Source of the DNA: Pocillopora damicornis
Taxonomy: Eukaryota
Length of the DNA stretch: 64,000 nt
Assembly: GCF_003704095.1 (NCBI RefSeq)
Contig: NW_020847516.1
Location: 124,001 to 188,000, forward strand
Reading direction: 5' to 3'
Position numbers and translations under genes: made by a program. Shown here one piece after another: positions 1 through 12,994 of the stretch; position 1 is the first letter of the stretch; each line of letters begins with the position of its first letter. Under the pieces are notes generated by a model. The model made no database searches. It saw only the letters and a program-made list of their open reading frames with translations, and had not been told where the DNA came from.

Positions 1-129
1 TAAGAAGGTTTATGTTTCGAAGTATCAAGAGTAGAACTAAAAATTGAGATCACCTGCAGTCACCAAAGTTTAGCGGGGGTCTGGAAGAGAATTTTCCCAA
101 TCCCATCAATCTTATCGGAAATAACCAAG

Positions 130-984
130 ATGGCGGTAGGTGTTCTTGTAAATCCTGTCAAAGAGCGATCAGTGTATGTTTTTGTGTATAACTGTTCATC
201 ACATTTTTCTAGACTGAAAGAAAGAAAAAGGAGAGCATATTTGAGTTGTCCAAATTTCTTGATAAAAGAGTTCGAGTGAAATTTCAAGGCGGAAGAGAAG
301 GTAAGACAAAGTTATTTAAAAATCGATGTACTTTCGTGTTCGCCGACACGCGGTATGACTTTTAAAGATACTAGATTGAGTAACCTGTCGCTTCTATAGT
401 GTGTATAATGATAAATCTCCTTTTATTCAGAAGCAGTGGCTTTTTATTCGCACTTTCAGTATTCATCAGTAATTTCGTCCATATGTTAAGAAAGTGATCA
501 GAATTTGAGCGACGCATTGCGTTGCTGAACGTTACCCACAACTTAATGGTATATTTACTTCTGTCTTCAGCTACAGGTGTTTTGAAAGGTTTTGATGCCT
601 TACTGAATGTAGTGTTGGATAATACAACGGAATGTTTAAGAGGTAATAGATTACAAAGATAATTTATTTCCGATTTAGTGCCCAGTTGTGGTACTACCAA
701 TCTTCGAGGTAACAAGTCAACTTCGCACATTCCTTGAAGGGCATTTATCGTCTATTCTCTACAAATTTACATACACAGAGCTTGTCATGGTCCTTACCGA
801 GGGAAAATTTTAAAATGTTTGCTCACAAGATTTTGTCATCTTTACAGATCCTGATGACCCATTCAAACTCACTGATGAGACAAGGCAATTGGGCCTGGCT
901 GTGTGCAGAGGGACAGCTGTGGTTTTAATTTGTCCTGTTGATGGCATGGAACCCATAGCAAACCCATTCTTGCAACAAGAATGA
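130..984 (+). CDS. LSM7: U6 snRNA-associated Sm-like protein LSm7 (4 exons: 130-135, 213-300, 571-642, 848-984; 100 aa)
   Basis: Spliced translation MATERKKKESIFELSKFLDKRVRVKFQGGREATGVLKGFDALLNVVLDNTTECLRDPDDPFKLTDETRQLGLAVCRGTAVVLICPVDGMEPIANPFLQQE. GT-AG introns give 303 nt in frame. Sm1/Sm2 motifs and the PIANPF tail are typical of LSm7. Confidence 0.96.
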
Positions 985-1529
985 ACTTTTTGTCAGCATC
1001 TTAAAAACATTTTTGCCTGGTACCCAAAAAATCTGCTCTTTACCCACCTTTTGTGAGACAATTTTTTCCTACTCTCTTTTTTAGGCAAAATGTGAAGTTC
1101 AAAGAAAGTGCAGTAAGGGTTGTTTTGCCCATGGATCTTTTTTTATGTATGGGTGTCTACTCGCACAGCTTTGCATGGACATTAGAAGAAAGGTTGTAAG
1201 ATACTTTGGGATTTCATTCCAATATTCAGCAGGATATCAAGAGTAGCCTTCTATATCTTGTAAGAAAATATAAATAAAGTAAAGTCCACAATACTTGTTT
1301 AAACATGTGTAATTTTGTTTGTATGCTGGGAAAATAGAGCAGTTTTGAATTACATACAATTTAAGATGGTTTGCACTGCTTTGGGCAAGCTGAAACTGGA
1401 ACAAGAAGAGACTGGCACAAGATAAAGAGTGATGTGCATGAGTTTTTAACTTCCATACTTCTTATCTAAAGCAAACTTTGGTGTGATGTTCTTATCTGCC
1501 TTCAGAGGGGTTAGAGGAAAGACACTATA

Positions 1530-2070
1530 GGCACTGGAAGTCTTTCCAATATAAAATTACATGGTTTACAAATCCCTGCTTCAGTTTTAGAAAAGGATGA
1601 ACACCGTTTATTTTTTTCTCAGTTCGTGAGCAGGCAGTATTCCACAAATCCTGCAATCTGATTGGTTCCAAGAGTGAGCAGTATTCTCCCCACCTGGCCT
1701 GCTCACAGCGGGCAGTATCCAAAAAATGTTTTAAAGGTTTCTTGGAAGCCTTTAAAATCACCTTTTAATATCATTGTGCAAATAAATATGTTTTGATGAA
1801 ACCTCTCTCTTTCATTTGCTTCACCCTTGTTTTCTCTACTATCTACTCCCTCATAAATTGTTCTGTTTATGGAGAATCTTGCTGTAATTACAGCCCTTTA
1901 TCATTCAGGTTCTTTTTGCAACCATTTGTTAGGATTTAGAAAAAAAATAACTGGAAAAACTGTGCCCTCTGTCTTGTGTACTGCCTGAGGCTGTAGGCCT
2001 CGGGCAGTATCTAAGACCTTGGAGACAGTTTTTCCCAATATGGACCAACCTTGGCTGGTGAATAACATAT
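1530..2070. mobile_element. Degenerate interspersed repeat (MITE-like) fragments
   Basis: Non-coding segments (TATTCCACAAATCCTGCAATCTGATTGGTTCC; TTTTCCCAATATGGACC...CTGGTGAATAAC). A similar motif recurs at ~24570-24650. Confidence 0.4.
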
Positions 2071-3700
2071 ATATATTGATTCTCATCATTCTTTTAGCTT
2101 GTACTACAAATCTTCGATTACAAGGTTTAAGGGTGTTGTTGCTTTTAATATCAAAGCTGATTCAAATCTCTGTATGTAGTCTAAAGATTTAGCTGAGTTA
2201 CATTATCTCCTTCTAACAATTTTCTTTATTCTGAACACGTCTTGATGTTTGCTTGACCATGTACATGTAAGGAGATGTAAGGAGAATCAAGATCCACTTC
2301 AAATTGTGATGGGAGTTAGGGTTAGTTCACATACACCAAAAACAATCATCAGTTAATAAAAAATATACAGCATCAATTAATTGAAAGTTTAATGTCATAT
2401 CCCCTAAAAAAATCTTTCTGAATAATATTGCCCAATAACACTGCAGATTTTGGTTTACCCTTACAGTAATAGTAGATACCTGCTAGCAGTTCATAATAAT
2501 ATTGATACTAAGTACTTTAATTCATAAGTCATAAAGTCTATGTACATGTTGAAATTTTGTTAAAGAACTTAGAAATTACTTTTGCACAGGAGGGAAATGG
2601 GGGGAGTTAGAGAAAAACCAAAGAATGGAACAAAAACTGACAAAAGGACAGGTATTAAATGCAGGCCACTGCTATAGGAAGTAAGTATTCACATCCATGT
2701 GCAGTAGCTTTTTTGCTTACCAACTTAATTTTTTGCAATTCTACCACTAATGATAAAAATAATTCATCTCTTTCAGCAGAATTTCACAAGCATTATTTCT
2801 CAGAATGTACCAAACCTAACTCCATTTTTAATGACACCACCATGCCTATATCTGCTTTATTTAGGTAGGCTGCATGAAAAATTATCTTGTTGATCCAGCC
2901 TCTTTCCAGTAACTCCTTCAATAATCCTTTACTGGCGTGCTATACACTGTGGGTTACTAGATGATGACTGGGAAGGAAGTTTGAAGTCCTATATATGACA
3001 ATGTTACCAATAACTACATATATAGAACTTAGGAAAATTACAGCAAACTTATTAGCATCCTATAATAGCCAAGAGTGGTTTAAGTAGCAGGCAAAATTCA
3101 ATTCTTGCCAGTGATGAAAACCACTTGTGTATTTAAATGTTTTTGTGAAATCAGTTTGACGACAACATATCCAAGTAACATACAAAAATAAATTCCAATT
3201 TAGCTTGTTTCTGGGACCATTACAGTGTTCTCTAGTAATATCATATTAATTAAAGTTATCAAATGACATTTCAACTCCCTGATATCAAAATAGTGCTTTA
3301 AGTTAAAGCTGATTGAATCTCTCATGATCACCAATGGCTACAATTTTTTCAGTTGATCTCATTGTTGTACCAAAAGAACACTAACTCACTATGTGACTTA
3401 CTTTTCCATGCAAGTCACCATGATAACAAATTCACTCTTAAATCAAAAATTGTTTTTCAGTAGTAGGTCAAACCTAACACATGATTCATATACAATGTAC
3501 AATGAAACATATGCCCATAAAGGAATTGCCACTATTATGATATCTTGTTTAATACAAAATTAATCCTGCTATTAATATACCAACCAGTTCTAGCAAAATA
3601 ACTTTAACTACCTAAAAATATAAATAAATTATATTTTTCTCACTGATTTACCTATGAATTGATAGCAATAACAAATTGAATGATTGACATTTGACTGCTC

Positions 3701-6700
3701 CTAGTTTTCATTATCTATAAGCCTTTTAGTTAAACTTTCCTGATTAAATTCTTCATCCTCACTATCATCGTTTTGACCAACATCTTCAGAAACCTGAGAA
3801 AGCAAATGGAAATAAATAAACATACGAAGAAACCAAACAAACAAGCAAAGAAATAAACAAGTACATTGACAAAATACATTGCAAATAGATGGGGAAAATT
3901 GCTAATATCAATAAAATGAACACAGTTAAAAAATCAAAGAAAAACAAGAACACTAAAAGAAATTAAATCCTAACAAATCCTAGTCATTCTAAGGCACAAA
4001 AATTTCTGGTACAGAATATACAAACACCCAATGCACAAAACATACTTCCAGAAAAATTAAAATGCCCTACAGTGGTTTGAAATGTTTTCTGAAACCTCTC
4101 TTTATGAAAATAACATGAATATAATACCAGACTGGCTGCCTCACAGAGTGTTATGATGAAGAAGGGAAACAGTTAAAACAACTTTTATTAGTTAATATCT
4201 TAAATTTGTTTGAATTAAAACCTCTGAAAAGGTTCAAGTACTACCATCTTTATGCAAACTTTGCTTTAGGATTGTTCATTGTAACTATTTCTACATGTGG
4301 TCATAGAAAATAGTTTCAGGTTAAATTGATTTTAAACTAGTTTATTTGACTAATTTTCTTTGTCTATGGACCATGGAAAAGCATTTCAAAACAAAACAAA
4401 GGAAAATGTATTAACCTGTTATAAAACACTTAAGTTAAACTTTATAAACAATAACTGCTCAGCTTTTGAGTAAAACCTGGTAAATTCAAGTATAGAATTT
4501 CTCCTTGTTAAGAAAAATGCCAAAGACTATTAAAAAAAATAAGATGTGACCAAAAGAGACAGCAGAAGATTCATACACAGGCAAGGNNNNNNNNNNGTCC
4601 ACTCCAAAGTTTCTTTAGGTCACCGCGTCTCCAGCCAATAACAACACCAGTTATCAGAATACATGGGACCAAATACACCAAGGCTGGCTGTCCTTGCTCC
4701 ATCACAAACAACATAACAAATGTGATGAGTAAACCTACAGCATAAGCTGGAACCACAAAAAAATATGTATTTTAAATAGATAAATACAAACAAGATACTG
4801 AACAATATTTTTATATAATTTATTATATAACTATAAAGAGCTCCCATTCAGACCATTTTTTAACTTGAAATCAGCCACTAATCATTGATTAAAATCATTC
4901 AAACATTTAAAACCGTCATATATTGTAAAACAACAATTATACTGAGTGATCAATACATGTTCACTAAAGCTGGTCAGGAGTAAAAATTGAATTATTAATA
5001 AATTGAAATTATTCAAGTCAGTTCAATTTACTGATTAAGTGCTCACCTACAGTAGTTGCAACATAATATATCCTGCATGGAGTGTTCATCATGATATCAA
5101 ATGTGTGACAGAAACTGATGTAGAGGGCTAAAAATAAAATTTAACATCATTTAGTAATCTTGACTTAGTTGCAAAACAACAACAACAACAAAAACAGTCC
5201 TTTTGTTCATACTCCTTTGGGCTTTATAGCCACAACAGGTGATTTTCAAATTTGGACCTGAAACTACCAACTTGCTAAATGCCACTTGATTTAATACAAT
5301 GTTGTACCTCTTGGATCCAGGAATGAAACTGAAAGTTTGTGTCCTTTGTTCAAAATTTTCTTGTTTGTTTCAAACTAGTTACCAGAAACAACCATGTGAA
5401 AAAGAAGATGAACATGGACAAAACTTAACCACAAAATACAAATTGATAATTACATTCTTGTGCTTGACTATAGAATGGAGACATTATGGATTCCATTGTA
5501 GATATGATGTTAAAAGCCATTTCACATACTTAACATAGAATTGATATAGTGTGCTGGTTCCTACATGCAAGCGTTTTAAAAAAAAATCTTAAAAAAAACC
5601 TGACAACAAGGAAAATATATTCTCATTATTGGTAAAAATTGAGCTTACCAGGAACTAGGATATCTCCAAATCCCAGGATTGAATATGGTCTCAGACACAC
5701 AGATAACACTGACATTCTGAGTCGAGGCACCTTAATTACCATTGGTAATGATTCTTTACTGTCACCACCTTAGCAAAGAAAGAGAAAGATATGTGAGAGG
5801 TCAAGTGCCAAGTGAGTGGATTTAATGATAAACTGGAAGTGATCAACATGTAACTTCTCCCTATAATATCTGTACATCCAGCAAACAGGCAATGAAAATA
5901 CTTATCAGGTAGAAGTTTTTGTCTTGATTCAACACCAAAATTTTGTACCTGATATACATGGAAATTTTTAGCAACTGGAGGGGAGAATCAACAATCAGAT
6001 CTTAGGAATTCAAAGGTTGAAGAGATAAGTGCAAGCACCAAAATATGAGGAAGTAAAAAAATAAATGAATAAAGTGCTGTTATACTGCATTAAAGGCCTG
6101 AGCCATTTTGAAAGGAGTTTTGTTTGATGACAAGATTGTTCTTAGTTCTTCATTTCATATCCTTTATCCCATAAGCACCCTTGTTTCTTTTATGTGAAAG
6201 AGGGATCATCCCACCCAACCACTTGTAGATAAATTCCAAACTGAGTAACAGAAACATTTACCTGTTGCAACTTCAACCATGATACTCTTGCCAGCAGAGA
6301 AGAGTGGTGTGATATAAACAAAGAATGCATCATAAATTAGAAGAAGGACCAAGAGCAGTGTGCAAACCTTCAGGCTTGGCAATCTGATGACTCTCATCAG
6401 ACTTATACAGAATGATATACCCAATATGTCTTGGAGTATCCAGGCATAGCTAGAGAAAGACAAAACACATTGCAGAGAATAAGCGTTTTTTTTTTTTTTT
6501 TGCTTTAGTAAATGTTAGTTTCAATTCAAAACTAACTGGACCTGTACTATTACTGTGCAGTAAATCTACCATTATTTGCCATTTTTTATATTTACATGGA
6601 GGTACATGTAGGGTTGAATTTACCATATTGACTTAAAAGATATTTTCAAGGAAATAGATACCTTTTATTCCTTTCAATACCCCACCAGATTGCAATGGCC

Positions 6701-9700
6701 AAACAGAATGGTATTAACAGGACAGTTCTTATTTGCAGCTCTTTTTTCAAAAGTGGAATCTGGTTGGCTGGGACTGTACAATCTCCTAAATTGAAAAAGA
6801 AAATCAAAGAAAAGCTTTTATATCATCTATATCTAATAAAACTATTTTGATGCTTTAAACAATAACTACAGCATCTTATCCGATTATTGGTCTGGACTAT
6901 TTTCAACTAATAGTTACATGTTCTTTAAAAAAAAACCTTGACTGTCCTGTGAGATTGGCTTTGGAATCTTGTGTTACCAGCTCAATCAGTCAGACAGAAA
7001 GCTACAAGTGACTGTCACTAAGTCACTTATATTTTCCTTTAATTCAACAACTACTGACAAAGACCTATCATTGGCTCTATATAACCTTAAACCTCCCTGT
7101 GATATTTAGTAAAACATTCTGATGGGCCATAGTGAAAATCAAATATTTACAAAATCAAAAAGTGAGCTGTACATTCCATACAATGTATCTGCAAGATTAA
7201 TGAGATCAAAAGAGACTAAAATACATGACTCTATTAGCTAACCATTAACTTACAGAGATTTCCTTTTGCTTTTTTTACAAAGCTAAGAGGAGGGGAAAGG
7301 TATCCAACCCAACCCTGCATAGGAATTACAGTGTACATCACCACAATGCTGTTATTACTTACCAAGAGGAAGCCATAAAACAAGAGGATGAAGACACTCG
7401 TACAATCCATAACAGGAAGCCAGAGCGAAGCCAACAATCACAACATACACCAGATACTTATAGAAGAAGTATAGCAACAGTAAAGTGCCACAAACCAGAA
7501 GAACAAATACAACAACCGACAGAGGAGTCACTTCAAAAGAGTCCTCTCCAGCAGACCCATGCTCTCTGTTAGCTTGGCTGTCATCTCCACTGGTGTTAGT
7601 ATTGCCTCTTAACATGCTTCCCCTTGACAGAACAGAATTGATTCAAATTACTTGCAAATATTACATAATTTTTTTCATCCTTTTATCACCCACACACTAA
7701 ATGATGTGGAGATCATGTGCTAATTCACTGATCTAATACTGGATACAAGGTTACTAGTAGAACCTGGCAAAAATGACTATCCAGATACTTCACCAACTCT
7801 TCAGTAAAATATAACTATTGAAAATACCTGATAACTTAAACAATTAAGTGGGTATCAATATTAATTATGATTTTTTTTTAACAGATATTTATCAACTTAC
7901 ATGATTTTCTTGTTTGTAATACCAGCCCAATAAGCTCCAATAGCCACAGTACCTACAGCAAGTAGCCACAATATTGCCAAATTGCCGTCAATATTAGACA
8001 CTAAATCAGTGGGTGGAGCATACATCTGCACTTTGACATCACCTCCAAAATCCTACATGAAAATTTACAACATATTGCTTAGATGCTATCTTGATATACA
8101 TGTACATGTATTTTGATTGATCATTCTTTTCACTCACTAAAATGACATTGTAAAATTGGACTATTAGTGACCTCTTGAAATTAGGAGTCATGTTTTTTAC
8201 TGTCTTTTGACTTAGGAGTTTAATTAACCCCTTGATCCCCAGAAGTGCTGGTAACATGAAACTTCTCCCTTTAATATCCGTACATTATCTGGCAAATAGG
8301 TAATAAGAATACTCAAAATTATCAGGCAGAGGATGTTTTTTCCCTTCATGTAAACCCAAATTCTTGTAACTAATATACAAGGAAATAAGTAGCAGTTAGG
8401 CAGGAGAATTAATGTCAGATCTTGGGAAAAAAGGGTTAAGCCTGTGGTTTTTATTGTGAAAATAAATTTAAATGGAATGGAGAAAGCCTGACACAACCAC
8501 AACATTGCAAATTTTTAAACTCTGATAATTTGCTGAAGAGAAGAGTGAACATATTGACCAACCTTATCTTTGTATTTGATCCAATCATCATGACTAATCA
8601 CAGCCATGGGAATTGTTACTTGAGCATACTCTTCTGATGAATTGGCAACTGGGGTGAACTGAATGATCATAAATATAGAGTAAATTAGAATCACATTGGT
8701 ACTTAAGTTTACTTTTATTAAGTTGTTTATTCCTAAACATACTCTAACCTTTTTAGAAGACCTTAAACCAAAACAAGTAATATATCTGACTCGTGATTGA
8801 AGTAAATTCTAGTACTGATGCTAGAAACCTTACAATTTTAATATGTAATTCATTCAAGGACATCTGAACTTTTTATGTCAAGAAGAACTCAATGTTTTTT
8901 GGTCATCACTGATGAACTCTACATGCTCACATACTTGCAATGAGAGCCTCACAAACACGTGCATGACTGTGCCTGGCTGAATTCACTTACCAAACTATCA
9001 TTACTGACAATGACTACTTCTTTTGCTCCAGCATTTTGTGAATACAGAGCTTTTAGAAACAATGTACAGTTTCCCCTTTGTATTGCTACAGCAGCATCTT
9101 TTATCTCTGAGTGATTTTGTGGTTCCTTGCAAAGAGTTGAAGGTTTGGCTTCTACCAAAGGATACTTTGGCTGAAAAACATATATGTAGGTAGTTAACAG
9201 TTACAATAACAGCAAAAAAAATTTTGCAACACTCAAATGCTGGCTCTTTATAGATTAGATTTAAGGCATAATAAAAATGAGTCTCATAAGAAATGACAGC
9301 CAAGTCCTTAATTAACAATATGAACAAGATCAACATTGTGTTAGTGGATTGTATGGAAAAAGAACTCCCAAATTTATAGTTATTATCATTCATGACCATC
9401 ACCATTATCATTAATTAGATTATTATTGTTAATAATAATAATAATAATAATAACACTATGACTACTACTACTGATAATAATAGCAACATTATCATCATCA
9501 TTATTCTCACTCTTATTATACAACAGTCAGAGAAAACCCAACTTAGGCAGAAGTTTTAAAAAATGTGCAAATACTCCACCTATCTTTTACTTGAAGAGCT
9601 GCCAATGAGGTATTTAATCCACACCAAAGAAGGCTACACAATTTCAGGGGTGAAGAGAGGGTTGGGGTTTACTTTAACTCGCGCATTATCTTTTATAATT

Positions 9701-10451
9701 ATGTAATTCACAAGTTTAAGAAAAAAAAATCAAGTTGTGATTTTGTTGTCCGCTCAAATAATCTAAGAAGTCTGTTGCACTGACAAATGCTTGAAATAAG
9801 GGAGGCTTGCAAAATCACTAGAAGCTCCTATACCACGAGTTAAATATTTAATGAAACTTGTATTGAAGGCGATTCCGGATTTCACAACATGAAGCATCAG
9901 ACAATTGCAGAAGACAAGAGTACCCCCATCTGTCAACAGCGCAATAAAAAGGAACGAAAACAGTTCTCCCGAGGCTTCGTGGTTTCAACCGGAGTAAACG
10001 GCCATCAAAACAAACAAACACAAAATAACTCGAATGTAATAAATAATCCTTTGTTACTTTCGTTACCTCGCAACTTAACAAGTCTTGAAAAAATCCCAAA
10101 GATGAGCAGATTCATGTTTAAAGAAAAAGCAGAATTTGTTCAAGAGAATAGAATTATTGAAAAAAATCAGTATTTACCGTGCTATCCAGATGAGTAGGAA
10201 GAGAAACCCACTCCTCATTAAAGGCGATGCAGAAGTCCTGTGAATCTTCGTTTCCCTCAATGTGAAGAACGCCCAACTGACCGACATTTTGTCCAGCTCC
10301 CTGATCAAAAAGGAAGAATATTCAATTCCTTGCATCAGAGGGATTCAGCATCAAATAATTCCTCGATTTCAGCTAGGTCATCAATACATACCTGGTTTGT
10401 AAATGTACAAAACATCAGTAACAAAACAAACCCGCCGCTAAAGGCTGCCAT
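3701..10451 (-). CDS. SPPL2: Signal peptide peptidase-like 2 (SPPL2A/B-like GxGD intramembrane aspartyl protease), ~12 exons
   Basis: Signal peptide MAAFSGGFVLLLMFCTFTNQ (10392-10451), exon 10178-10300, PA domain (AVAIQRGNCT...AGAKEVVIVS, ~8990-9170), catalytic YD (LLIYDAFFVYITP, ~6330), ILGFGDILVP (~5650-5680), QPALVYLVP (~4670), acidic last exon ending LIDNEN* at 3701. A 10-N gap hides one donor site. Confidence 0.95.
4587..4596. other. Assembly gap (10 N)
   Basis: Run of N at the end of the penultimate SPPL2 exon. Confidence 0.95.
5815..6020. mobile_element. MITE copy related to the element at 8224-8439
   Basis: Shares GTGATCAACATGTAACTTCTCCCTATAATATC...AATCAGATCTTAGGAATTCAAAGGTT with the 8224 copy; termini degenerate. 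Confidence 0.55.
8224..8439. mobile_element. piggyBac-like MITE (TTAA target duplication, CCC...GGG termini)
   Basis: TTAA|CCCCTT...AAAGGG|TTAA, ~210 bp, non-coding, inside an SPPL2 intron. Confidence 0.7.
9383..9505. repeat. Compound trinucleotide microsatellite (ATC/AAT/ACT)
   Basis: (AAT)7 flanked by imperfect CAT/ACT repeats. Confidence 0.8.
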
Positions 10452-10545
10452 CTTTTCCTCTTTTAAGAGGGAGAGGGGACTGGGTTAATCATTACATCAT
10501 AAATCTTTCCCAGACCCTCTCTTCGTTGATGATTAGTGTCGTGTG
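10452..10545. promoter_or_regulatory. Bidirectional promoter SPPL2/CEP15
   Basis: Only 94 bp between divergent ATGs; mirrored CCCAG(T/A)CCC(C)TCTC motifs, one on each strand. Confidence 0.7.
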
Positions 10546-12430
10546 ATGGAAGAGGAAAGCAACCTCGCGAAATGGCTTGCACGAGAAGCTCATCTGAGCC
10601 ATAAACACGAAGAAATGTAAGGTTTAATTTTTATTCATTGTTATCTACCGTGATGCCTCACTCGGCGGCAACTGGTGTCAAGGTCTTTTGAACGACGCGC
10701 GCTATTTGAAAATGCTGGTCATTTCAGGTCGTGTGTGCTAATTGGTCTTGTGTCCTATAGCAGAGGCCCGTTATTGTAATAAGACTGTCTCCATCTGAAA
10801 AAAAAAAAGTAATTTTTGGTAGTCAGAACTGTTCCACTGATTTTTTAGTGCTATAAATTAAAGAAGTAATGACTATAACTTCCATTTACCTGATATCAGA
10901 CTATTTCTTTAGTTACAGAAATCCTTCTTAGGGTGAAGTTTTCACACAAAATATTAGCTTTAATCCGAAAAATAGGAAGGAAGGAAACTGTGAATTATCA
11001 TTGGAAATCTGATATTAGTCTGTCTTTTCTATCCTCAGAACTATAGATACAATTATGAAGGCTATCAATTGCCATTATTATTTGACTATCTAGGGTTGTA
11101 GCTAACCTCACAAAATTATTATAATTTGTTCACAGTCAGTGGCATCGAGCTATTTGCTGCTTTCCTTAGGGCTGTACTTAGATGAAGGAATATAGGATTT
11201 TTAGTGTGATACATCTTCATAACTAAATAGCAATTGTACTGCCGAGGTTCCAGTGCATATAAATATTGAATGCACTGTTTTTCAGTTTGGCCAAACGTGA
11301 GATGTTGCTTGCAGAAAATGAGTCACGTATGAGTTCACAGCAGAAGAAACTTCAGTTGACTACACATGACTTTCAGAGAACTAAGGCAAGAAATGAGCAG
11401 TTAGTGCAGGTAATGTTCAGTTAGTAGGTAAAATGATAATACTGATGACAACAATGATAATAATAATTCATAGATTGAAATAAAACATTTCTTCTACTTC
11501 AAATAATGGTTGCACAATACTAAAAAGAAAGATAATATTTTATCTCATGCTTAATTTGGAAAAGTGGATAAACCCATCAGTTGTTTTCTAATTTTATTAA
11601 TGCTTATGCAATTATTAATTACAGTTGAGGTAAGGACTTGAATAAACAGCAGTTTTCATTGTAGAATAAGTTTCAGCAGGAGCCCATTACTTAATGGACT
11701 CCTGGCTTTAAACAAGGCAGAAGGATAGATTCCCTGCAACCAACTAGAGAGATTTATTCTTCAACCATTCTTGAATTTGAATTACTATAGGTAACAACAT
11801 GATTTTGTGTGCAATTTGGTCTTAGTAAGCACAAGTAAATTTTAAAAGGCAACAAAATTGTACAAGCCTATAGGGTGATTGGAATTTGAAGTTTTTGAAA
11901 ATTTGACAAGTGCGTATTTACACCAAATTGCACATGAAATCATGTTGTGACTAGTTAATAATTTACAAGTAAAATGCATTACATAAATTCATGGATGAAA
12001 TTTTGGCAGTATGTGTGCTGTTTGTAATTTGCACTTGTGTTGAATCAGATGAGCATAATTTGTTCATGTAAATTATTATGTAAGTTATTATACATGCCTT
12101 CTGGCTTTGAAATTAGACATCCTGATGTGTGAAACTTATGAGTAATTAGTTTCTTTGTATTAACTGTGTTTTTTACCTTACTCACAAGGAATTGAAAGCA
12201 CTTCAGAGTGGATTGGGAAAAAAGGCAACCATGTGTACTAGTAATGCTCAGTTTATCAGTCTCCAGGTGGGTTCCAAGAAAGTTCTAAGCCTGAAACACC
12301 AGATAGCATTTTTACTAATGGTTTTGTTACTCTTCAGGAAAGTTATTGGAAAATGGTTAAACAAGAATATCCCCGGTGGATAGCAGGAAATGAAGCTTGC
12401 AACAGCAAGGAACAAAAGGAAAGGCAGTAA
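10546..12430 (+). CDS. CEP15: Centrosomal protein 15 / C3orf14 homolog (exons 10546-10616, 11286-11409, 12189-12266, 12338-12430; 121 aa)
   Basis: MEEESNLAKWLAREAHLSHKHEEILAKREMLL...ARNEQLVQELKAL...FISLQESYWKMVKQEYPRW resembles the recalled human C3orf14 blocks (LSKRHEEI...R.MLL; SLETRYWASVEEYIPKW). Intron phases are consistent. Confidence 0.85.
11790..12080. mobile_element. Interspersed repeat with internal inverted repeat
   Basis: GTAACAACATGATTTTGTGTGCAATTTGGT (11791) pairs with ACCAAATTGCACATGAAATCATGTTGTGAC (~11920); intronic. Confidence 0.55.
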
Positions 12431-12994
12431 GATCTCAGACATTGGTGTATATTGATAAACTATATGCATCAGCATTGGCTCAGGAACTGGTCGCCAAAAG
12501 ATCAAACATCAGAAGGAATAACTAATTGCCTGTTTGGCAGGAGGGTTATCACTGACTCATGTATAACCTGATAGACACAGGTTTCTGTCTGCAGACAGCA
12601 GATCAGGGTAGTTGCATCCCTGGAATGTGTAAATTAAAGTCTAGGTATACCATTTGCTTATTTCAAATTTATCTGGCTGTGTTACTCACTGAGCATTTTC
12701 AGGCCTGGGTCATGTCCAAGTTTGCTGGTGCAATAACACCACAGGGACCTGTTTTCTTGAAAGTTGTGGTAACTTTAAGAGCTAAAATTCCTATTTTAAA
12801 ATCTAAATCTATAGAATAATAGGTCAGCTTTCAGCCCAATAGCCACTTTCCTTGTATGAACGTCAAAAACTGTAACATCTCAAAAGGCCATTTTCGAAAT
12901 ATCTATATTTTGGGCAATTTAGCAACTTTGTAATTTTTTATTTCATACACTTATCAGTTCAATACCAATGCAACAATACTTACATGGTTAGCAC

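Noticed and set aside
425-500. Minus-strand CTGATGA-ATACT-GAAA hammerhead-like core in LSM7 intron 2
   Set aside because: No valid stem I pairing or NUH site in a consistent topology; stem II is a single pair.
9157-9166. GTATCCTTT (perfect U12 donor) on the minus strand in SPPL2
   Set aside because: It lies just inside a coding exon (PKYPLVEAK), so it is coincidental.
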